Assembly (NCBI RefSeq): GCF_018977255.1
Contig: NW_024704742.1
Coordinates: forward strand, 108,378,001-108,442,000
Source of the DNA: Callorhinchus milii
Taxonomy: Eukaryota
Direction of reading: 5' to 3'
Length of the DNA stretch: 64,000 bases
The notes beneath the pieces were generated by a model that ran no database searches, was not told where the DNA came from, and worked only from the letters and a program-made list of their open reading frames with translations. Position 1 is the first letter of the stretch, and each line of letters begins with the position of its first letter. A program made the position numbers and the translations under genes. Below, piece by piece: positions 21,501 to 30,424 of this stretch.

Positions 21501-24500
21501 ACAAAATCCACCTGGTATTGCAGTAGAGAGACCGAATAAAGCTGTGTTTCTAAATCATCCCCACAATTGTACAGTCGTCGATATAAGCTCTTTTTAACAT
21601 CTGTATATTAATAAAATATTTGAGTTAAAATTAAACAACAACCAGGAAAGAGAGAAATAAAACAATACATGGCTGCCGCAGTCTAAACATTTCTGTCCAT
21701 TATAATAATAACAAAAATATTTGTTATACCCAATAAATAAGAGAGAGGGCTTTCATTCTTCACTCTGGGCTGATTGCAATGCAGTTCCCAGAGCAACAGC
21801 TTTTTACTAGCTTTGTATAAAAATAATTTTGAAGCTAGTGATTCTGAAAGCATGTGGGAAATAAATTAATAAAACAAAACAACTTAGATTTATATAGCAC
21901 CCTCCATGCCAGACAGCGCCTCAGAGTGCTTCACGGTAATAGATCCTGGGGCTGAGCCAGGGGGAGGGGTGGAAGGTGATCAAAGGCGCGGTCGAAGAGA
22001 AAGGTCTTCAGCCGAGACTGGAAAATAGGAAGCAAGGGGGCGAGGCGAAGGGAGTGAGGAAGGGGCATAGTGGCTGAAGGCACGGCCCCCGATGGTGCAG
22101 CGGAGGATTCGAGGGACAAGGAGGAGGCCCCCAGTGGAGCGAAGGCAACGGGCACTGTTGTGAGGAGAGAGGAGGTCAGAGGGGTGGGGAGGGGGGGTGC
22201 AGAGGAGTGGAGAGATTTGAAGACAAGAGTGAGGATCTTGAAGTCGATCCTCTCTGGGACAGGCAGCCAGCGCAGTCTGGCAAGGACTGGGGTAATCGGG
22301 GAGCGGAGTCTGGTGCGGGTAAGAATGCGGGCGGCAGAGTTTTGGAATGGTAGTGGAGGGGAGAAAGCAACTAAAGTGATGCAAAGTAGTGACTCTCAAT
22401 TCATGTCACTTGTAATGTTTATTTTAATAACTCTCACAAGTTGTTAAATCAGTGATTTCATCAGTACTGGCAGTTTAAAGAAATATATTCAGAAAGTTAT
22501 AACGTTTCAAAAAAGATTCTATGGAAGTTTCTTAATCTGAAGACAATTTGATCTAAGTGTTTGTTAAATCTTTAAAGAAAATTAACTTAATCTCATTAGA
22601 CAAATAATTGTATTTCTGTTTTCATGTGTTGACTAATTCTAGAAACTAATCATCCTCTAATTTTAATTTGTAATGGCATTAGAGTCTTAGAATCTCAAAT
22701 CCACCGGAAGTCTGAAATTCTTCATGGTTTGGGGTTTAAGATTATAGTTTTAAAATTTAACATTGTGCAAAGTTTGGAAAGTTGTTAAGTTCCGTCTTAA
22801 TCAAAGGTAAGTTTTTCACAGTTCATTTTTTGTAAGGTACAGAATACCAGCTTCCAAATTAAGACTGAAATGGAGAGATTTCTAAAATAGGCGGCAGCCT
22901 GGCTCAGTGGCTTGCGCTCTTGCCTCTGAGTCAGAAAGCTGTGGCTGAAACCCTACTTTGAGCTCATAGTTCAGGCTGACTTTCCAAAGCAGTGTTGGGG
23001 AAGGGCTACATTGTTGGAAGTTTCTCCCAATGGCTTGGCCAACAATCCCCCAAATAAAATTGGTCATTCACCTCATGGTGATTTGTGGGATATCATTTTG
23101 TGTAAATTGGCTGCTAAGTTCGCCTATGAATAGTCAATATAGATGGAGTTCTGTAGCTTTAGTAGTTAGAGCACTTGCCTTGCAAGCGAGAGGACCTGGG
23201 TTTGATTTCCGGGCAGAGTGAAATGTTAGACAGTTTCCTTACTCCACACTCTTCTGGTTACCTAGCAGTAAGTAGGAGCCCGGTTGTTAGTTGATTGGTG
23301 GATCACTTTTCCAGAGGTAATAATCCCTTCAAATTTTTTAAAAAAACAATAAGAATAATTTGGTCACTCTCCACGACTGTTTGTGGGACACTGCTGTGCA
23401 CAATTGACTGCCACATTTCGCCCACAAAATCAATTCACTTTAGTTCACTTCACAGTATATTCCGTGAAGCGCTTTGAGACATCTTGAAGACTTGATAAGA
23501 TGCTGTATCAAATGTAAGGATCAGAATTATTATTATTATAAAATGCTTTGAGGTATCTCAATGGTCTGATAGGTGGATATCAAATACAAGGATTATTAAA
23601 ATCCTGCATTATCTGAAATGTTAAAACAATAGCCTCAAGTCTAAGACGTGACCAGGCTCTTTAGGGCTCGATCAAAGAAGGGTCCTGCAGCTTCTGTTAC
23701 AGAACTTGAGATAATAAAGGAAGCCTGAGGCTTAGCCACATGGCAGACTCGCAATCTGTAGATAAAACACTCCAGCTGTTAAGCACGGCGACGAAGAGAC
23801 CATGTAGTCATTTCCTGAGCAGGTTGGAAACCTTGAGCGAAAGAGTGGGATAGAAGGGATGCAAGAGACTGACCGCATTCTCAGGTACCTGCACCCCTCC
23901 AGTTCTGTCAGTGGTAGAGTCTGATCTGTCTCCTTTAGGGATACTGGAGACCACTAAGATTTTCTTCCATATTAATAAACCACTTGGTTCGAGAACCTAA
24001 TCTGTCGCCATGTGCATTTAGGATCTGTCTGGCTCGAGTGGCTGGCAGGCATGTGTTACAGCATAAAACATGTCAACCAGATCAACAGAGTATGTTCAAA
24101 GCTTGGCAATTCCAAAGATTACAACTTAAGTTGTGTCCTTAATAATATGAATCAGCTTTAGGGATACAGTTGTGCTGGAAGAGGAGGAAATATGTTGTTA
24201 GGTGAAGAGAAGACAACACAGTGGAAAGAGAAAAATGGGACCTGACAACTTATTGGAGAGACTACCAAGAGGTAAGTGCATTGTAAATAAATTCTTCCAA
24301 AAGTTTAAAATATTTCCAGGAAAAGTGGTGATTTTAAATGGCTGGCCATCAGAAGATATTGATGAAACTCTCAGAATTGTCTCAGCCTCTCAAAACATTT
24401 TCTTTTCAAATGTTTACATTTTTCCTTTCAATGTGTTAGCTGCAGAAAAGTTCACATCACAAACGAACAATACAAACTAACACACAAACCTCGGGGAGGA

Positions 24501-27500
24501 TTGGATCCTAACATATCACAGCAAAGCATGACATCAAAATGGTGAATGTGCAGATCTTTGATGCACTTGAACTGAAATCGAAGAGAAACTGAAGCCTTCT
24601 TTTCTATCAATATCCTAAGGTGAGAACATAAGTTTAAGCAGAATTATATAAAACCAGGCACACTTGCTATTTAAGCTTTTTTTGTACATTTTCCCCACTG
24701 CACATTTTAGCCTCAGAAATGGAGAGCAAGTGTCAGCTTAGAAACAGCAACAAGAACAACAAATTGCTTTTATATATAGCACCTAACACATCAGGAGGAC
24801 GGTGTATATAGGAAGGCCCTGGACAATGAGGAGTTTGTACCCAAGCTGTGGCCTGGGATCAGAGAGGAGTGGAGGGCAAGGGGTGGGTGGAGGAGCAAAA
24901 ATGACTGAAGGAACAGTCAAAAACGTCTTGAGATAGGTGTTGAAGGAGTCAAGGGAGGCGAGGAGGAAGGGCTCTGGGATGGAGTTCCAGAGGGTGGGTC
25001 AGAATGGCTGAAGAACAAATGTTTAATAACAAAACAGCTTGAGACCTATACCAGGACTGGGTCATAATATAAAGTGACATTGCAGTGGGAGTTCTATATT
25101 GTCAGAGGTGCCATAGGCAAATGCTTTCTTGTTTTGTCACCATTTAATGCAAAGTAGCAGTTCCAGAATCTATGGTATTCACTGGGTCCTGGGATAACTT
25201 GTTAACCTCATAAAATCTGCATCAGCAAAACCAACCCTTCCAACCTCCTCTCATAACACATTATTATTAAATATCCCTTTGTCTCACCGATTTGTCAGCA
25301 GAGATTTCTTTAAATTTTTCTCCAGGCCTTCCAACATGGCTGACATTTTTTCTTTGCAGTCGCTTATGCTTGTGAACGAGTTACTGAACAACACAACATC
25401 GATATCTGACCAATCTCTGGTATCTGTGCCTTTGATATATGAGCCACCCTTTGAAGAAAGCAAAAATGTTCTCTCAAAACTGTCTCTTTACATAACTCAT
25501 CTGGCACCTGAGTAAGTAAATGCATTAACCAAAGCATGTGCATACAGACAATTTAAGTACATTACAGCGGATCAATTCCTGTACATACATTAATCAAGTC
25601 ATTCAGACATCAAATATATTAAGGATTTTGTACAGGCTAAACTACTAGGTTTATTTTGCACACAAAGATACACAGTTACTACACTTTAAATTGTTTCTTG
25701 TGAAGCTAGATGAAACATCCTCCTGATGTCAAAGGCTCAATATCAAATACAAGGATTCTTATCATTATTATTTCATACTTAATTTATAAGAAACTCTGTT
25801 TAAAATGAACACTTTTTTTTCAGAGGGATAGAGCAGATTAGATTTGATTGTTTTGAAACACATATCACCCCTTCTTGGGTTTTATTGAGAATGATAATTA
25901 CATTTACAATCTGATCAGGATTTTGTTCAAAACCCTTGAAAATGGTAATTTTCACACTATACAAGAATTGCGTGCAACAGTAAATTGCCTCTTTCCCCAT
26001 AGTACACTCTTAATTTCTTTTTAAATTAAGTAAGACTCATTGTCTACACTTGGTTACCTTGGTGAGTCGAGTCACAGATGTTGGACAACATTCTTGAATC
26101 AAGTCAATGAGTTTATCTACTTCTTCAGCACAAGCCATTCTCAGGGGTCCCATTTCTGGTCGAAGGCAAGTTTCTACGAATTTTCGTAATAGCTGCAAGC
26201 TTCTGTGATCCAATATACTGTCTGGGGAGAATGCTGTTGACATTCTTGCTACAAAAACATTATCAAAAATCCTAATTAAAAGTTTAAATGGGAAACTACA
26301 AAATTCAATTTATGATTTCTTCTTAAGAGTTTTTTTATACATTGCTGATTTGTCAATATTCAGAACATTGCCAATTTGAATCAGGATCAGATACTTCAAA
26401 TGGATCTTTCATTACCCATTGTATTTCTATCCCTATAAACTGGTTTTAGAAGAAATGATAATGATGGAATCAGAAATTTTCAAGATTGTGGATAAAAATT
26501 ATATGCTTTGTACTACAGCCCCTTTGATTCACTCATAATTCAATCTGAACAACCACCAAAAATACTGCTAAAGAAAACATATTTTACCCCAAAAATACTT
26601 CTGGGCCCAAAACAAACTGTTGCTCTTATCCAGTTAAAATTTGGCAGAGGACTGAGCGGGCGCTGACATTTCCTAAATGATCAGTTTGAAGGAGGTTTTA
26701 CTTGTGTCTGAATTTTGTATTTAAGCATTGTGTCTAGCATTATAAAAGTCTTTTACAATAGAAATTGATGGAAAGTAATCCTCTTCACAAGACTTTCGTA
26801 CCTGGATTATGTATATGATCATCACCAGCGGCAAGTCATTTATTCAGATATTCAACTTGACCCCAAAAAGAGATTTAAGTTTTGCAGATGCTATCCGATG
26901 CCACATAAGTTTATTACGACAAGGGAATGATGCTGAATTTGGAGTACCTCTTTGACAGGCTGTAAAATGATGCTCTTGTCTCTCATGTTGCTCTCTGCTG
27001 TGGACAGTTCCAAACACTCTGTGACACATCCGACAGGTCACACACTTTTCAGATGCCACAAACCTGTCCTCTCTTTCCAAGGGTTGATCCCAGTATGGGT
27101 ATTCATTTAGTAGGTTACATTTATTCTTGTAATGTACAATCTACAGAGGAAGCAGAATATATTCAGTACAAACATTTTATTGTTCACGGTTATCAAGCAA
27201 AACATTTCTCTCATGACTGTCTCTTTACATAGCTCATCTTACATCTGAGTAGGTAAATGCATCACCCAAAACAGCACAAAGCCACGTAGAAAAGATCACA
27301 GGCTTAAATCCTGTTCTGTGTTGAATTAACTGATCTCAGCTGGGGCAATGGTTTGCATGGTACAATTGGCCTCACCTCCCAGCAGTGGAGGAAAAAAAAT
27401 CAGATTACTATCCCATTCTCGATCGCTAACCAGAGTCCACTGTTAGAGCAGTGGCAGGCAAGACAGGATGGAGCTTGGCTATGATTTCCCTTGGCAGTCA

Positions 27501-28200
27501 AACAGCCTGTCAATGCTCATTGTCAGATTTCATGCACTGTATTGAATTGTTTAGAGCACTCGCCTTGTAAGCGAGAAGACCTGGGTTTGATTCCCGGGCA
27601 GGGCAAAACCTTAGGCTCTTAGTCCTCTTACCCCACACTTCTCTGTTTACCTCGCAGTAAATAGGAACCCGGTTATTAGTGGATTGCTTTTCCGGGGGTA
27701 ATAATCCCTTCAAAATAAATAATAATTTGGTCGCTCAATCCACGACTGTTTGTGGGACACTGCTGTGCGCAATCGGCTGCTGTGTTTTACCCACAAAATA
27801 TACAGTCAATTCATTTTATAGTATAATCTGTGAAGCGCTTTGATGTCTGGAAGACTTGATAAAGGGTTATATCAAAAGCAAGGATTATTATTAATAATAA
27901 TGGCCATTTGTCCCACAATTTTGAATAGTGATCTCAAATTGCTGCAAATTTAAGTTTTTGGTAATCTCTAACTTCTTGACTTGTTTGAAGTTCTTCAGAA
28001 TGTCAGAATATAAAATTGGGAGAGAGTTTCTAAGTACATACCTGCTCATGTTCCTTCAGCTTCTCTCGGAGCATTTCAATCCCACACTTGTCACAATATA
28101 CTCTTCCAATATGTTTAGCTCGAAAATGATGCTTTAAGGCTGTTTGACTGGCAAAATCATTTCCACATCGCACACAGTTGTAGGATTTAATAGCCTGCAT
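18347..28200 (-). CDS. C2H2 zinc-finger / 2'-5'-oligoadenylate synthetase fusion protein (OAS-like), 8 coding exons, about 461 aa
   Basis: Exons 28200-28042, 27140-26948, 26248-26058, 25448-25288, 24614-24490, 21600-21411, 20361-20152 and 18503-18347. All introns are GT-AG, phases 0,1,0,2,1,2,2 are consistent, and the 1386 nt frame is open. OAS motifs: [53 protein letters not shown]. Three C-x2-C...H-x4-H fingers lie N-terminally. The true start may be further upstream. Confidence 0.92.
18949..19268 (+). mobile_element. tRNA-derived SINE with Deu-like core and L2-type tail
   Basis: Head GTAGCTCAGTGGTTAGAGCAC (A box), CTCGC-TTTGCAA-GCGAG arm (Ala TGC-like) and GTTCAATTCC (B box); core gtttgtgggacattgctgtgcgcaattggctgcc; (TTA)n tail. 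Confidence 0.9.
20152..20361 (-). CDS. ZnF-OAS coding exon 7
   Basis: [55 protein letters not shown], matching the OAS1_C domain. Confidence 0.93.
21411..21600 (-). CDS. ZnF-OAS coding exon 6
   Basis: [62 protein letters not shown]. Confidence 0.92.
21876..22345 (-). mobile_element. L2 3' fragment in an OAS intron
   Basis: [11 protein letters not shown] and [10 protein letters not shown] remnants plus an L2 tail. Confidence 0.85.
23143..23540 (+). mobile_element. tRNA-derived SINE
   Basis: Head, core and (TTA)n tail as above. Confidence 0.85.
24490..24614 (-). CDS. ZnF-OAS coding exon 5 (third catalytic Asp)
   Basis: [41 protein letters not shown]; phase 2 in, phase 1 out. Confidence 0.88.
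25288..25448 (-). CDS. ZnF-OAS coding exon 4 (P-loop and DxD)
   Basis: [25 protein letters not shown]; caaag acceptor, gtgag donor. Confidence 0.93.
26058..26248 (-). CDS. ZnF-OAS coding exon 3 (OAS N-terminal helices)
   Basis: [11 protein letters not shown]...VTRLTK|gtaacc, equivalent to OAS1 LDKFIEDYLLP...VSKVVK, with the same phase-0 intron before GGS. Confidence 0.9.
26948..27140 (-). CDS. ZnF-OAS coding exon 2 (end of finger 2, linker, finger 3)
   Basis: tgtag|[64 protein letters not shown]|gtact; its IVH completes finger 2 across the splice. Confidence 0.85.
27549..27900 (+). mobile_element. tRNA-derived SINE in the intron between the zinc-finger exons
   Basis: Head, core and tail as above. 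Confidence 0.85.
28042..28200 (-). CDS. ZnF-OAS coding exon 1 (finger 1 and first part of finger 2)
   Basis: [53 protein letters not shown]; donor CAG|gtatgt; acceptor ttttagtag near 28256-28264. Confidence 0.82.
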
Positions 28201-28589
28201 TATTCTGTGATAAGTTGATCTTTCTGAAGACTGTTCCAATAATTCAGTACATCTTCTACTAAAATTGGATAAACAAAGATATTTTGAATGAAAATAGTAA
28301 AGTAACAAATTGAATGGAGATTCAATTTTATTATGGAGAAATGTTTAATATCTGCAACCTGGACAGACATTGGCTGTTCACTTCATGACTATTTGTGGGA
28401 TTGATGTGCACAAATTGATTCCCAGCTATACACAGCCATAACACGACACAGTGTTTTTGGATGAAGGACGTTACAACTTTATAGCTGTATCAAAATGAGA
28501 GGATTATTAATCTGCATTAACTTAATTGATTTTAACCAGGTTGACAGCCAAGTTGATCGACAGATTGGTAGTTTAGACACCACAACTGG

Positions 28590-30424
28590 TCTTAGTATCC
28601 ACACCGGACGGCGTCTCAGAGCACTTCACAGTAACGGATCCCGAGGCCAAGCCAGGGGGAGGGGGAGGAAGATGACCAAAGGCGTGGTCGAAAAGAAAGG
28701 TCTTCAGAAAGGACCTGAAAGAAGGAAGAGAGGGGTCGAGACGAAGGGAGTGAGTAAGCAAATTCCAGAGCCTCGGGGCATAGTGGCTGAAGGCACGGCT
28801 GCTGAGGGTGGAGCAGAGGACTCCGGGGACAAGGAGGAGGCCAGACCCGGAGGATCGAAGGCAATGGATGCTGTTTTGGCTTTTCCTCCAGCCCCCACAC
28901 CGCACCTCAGGCGCTGACAGTATTAGCATCCAAGGCTGCACTCTCCACCTCTCAAAGCCAGTCAGGAACCTCGGTGTTCTGTTCGACCCTGAGCTGTCCT
29001 TTCTTCCTCATATCCGCGCCACAACTGGCACTGCCTTCCATCACCTCCGAAACATCGCCAGACTACGGCACTACCTCACCCCTCACGCTGCTGAAACTCT
29101 GGTCCACGCCTTTATCACCTCAAGGCTGGACTATGGGAACTCTCTCCTCGCCGGCCTTCCCGGCACCTCCCTCCACAAGCTGCAGGTCATTCAGAACTCT
29201 GCAGCTCGTGTACAGTCCCGCACCAGGCTTCGGGACCACATCACTCCCACCCTCGCTTGCCTCCACTGGCTCCCCATCCCCCAGAGGATCGAATTCAAGA
29301 TCCTCATCCTCACCTACAAGGCCATTCACGGCCTCGCTCCCTCCTACCTCTCCAACCTACTATCCCCCTACCTACCTGCCCGTACCCTCCATTCCTCTGG
29401 CTCCGGTCTGCTCCACATCCCCCGCCCCAACCTCCTTACCATCGGTGGCCGGGCCTTCAGCCTCTCAGCCCCGAGGCTCTGGAACTCTATCCCCCAGTGC
29501 CTTCGCCGCCTCCTCCCTTTCCTCCTTCAAGGCCGGTCTCAAGACTTTTCTCTTTGACCGTGCCTTCAGCTCCCCTCTCGACTCTCTACCCCCTCCTCGC
29601 TCCCTCCCTTCCCTCCCCTCACCCTGACCATTTCCCCCCCAATGCTCGGGTCCTGACCCAACTGTCCAGCGCCTTGGGAGACGTCCTCCCGACGTGAAAG
29701 GCGCTCTATAAATGGAATCTTGTTGTTGTTGTTTTGAGGAGAGAGGAGGTCAGAGAGGTAGGGGGGTGCAGAGGAGTGCAGGGATTTGAATACAAGAGTG
29801 AGGATCTTGAAATCGATCCTCTCTGGAATAGGCAGCCAGTGCAGTCTGGCAAGGACTGGGGTGATCGGGGAACGTAGTTTGGTGCGGGTGAGAATGCGGG
29901 CGGCAGAGTTTTGAATGATTTGGATTTTATGGATAGTGGTGGATGGGAGACCGGCGAGGAGGGTGTTAGAATAGTCCAGCCGAGAGGTGACAAAAGCATG
30001 GACAGGGTTTCAGCGGCTTTCGGAGAGAGGTATTTGTGGATGTGGGCGATGCGTCGGAGGTGGAAGAAGGCAGTGCTGGTGTGGGACCAGATGTGGGGGA
30101 GGAAGGATAATTGGGGGTCGAACCTGATGCCAAGGTTGCATACGGGTTCAGAGAGTTTTAGGGGGACGTCGGGTTGGTGGAGGAGGTGAGAGCCGTGGGA
30201 TTTGAGATGTTGACGAGAGCCAAAGAGTATGGCTTCCGTCTTATCGACTTACAGTTGAAGAAAATTAGCGCTCACCCAGCCCCTGAGGTCTGACAGGCAG
30301 ACTGATAGAACATCAGGGGACTGGGGGTCGCAAAGAGAGGTGGAAAAATAGAGTTGGGTGTCGTCCGCGTACATGTTGAAATGTACCCCATGTCTGCGGA
30401 TGACATCCCCAAGAGGGAGCATGT
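28590..30424 (-). mobile_element. Older L2 subfamily copy split by the nested insertion (28590-28878 and 29734-30424)
   Basis: Minus-strand YADD, HWLP and FKTFLFD segments; the joined halves match the uninterrupted copy near 22140. Confidence 0.85.
28899..29733 (+). mobile_element. 5'-truncated copy of the young L2, nested in an older L2
   Basis: Highly similar to 2859-3735; TGTTTTG duplicated at 28872-28878 and 29730-29736. Confidence 0.92.

Noticed and set aside
26948..28200. Zinc fingers as a separate gene or transposase BED finger
   Set aside because: No stop-containing terminal exon or transposase domain; the donor phase matches the OAS exon acceptor.
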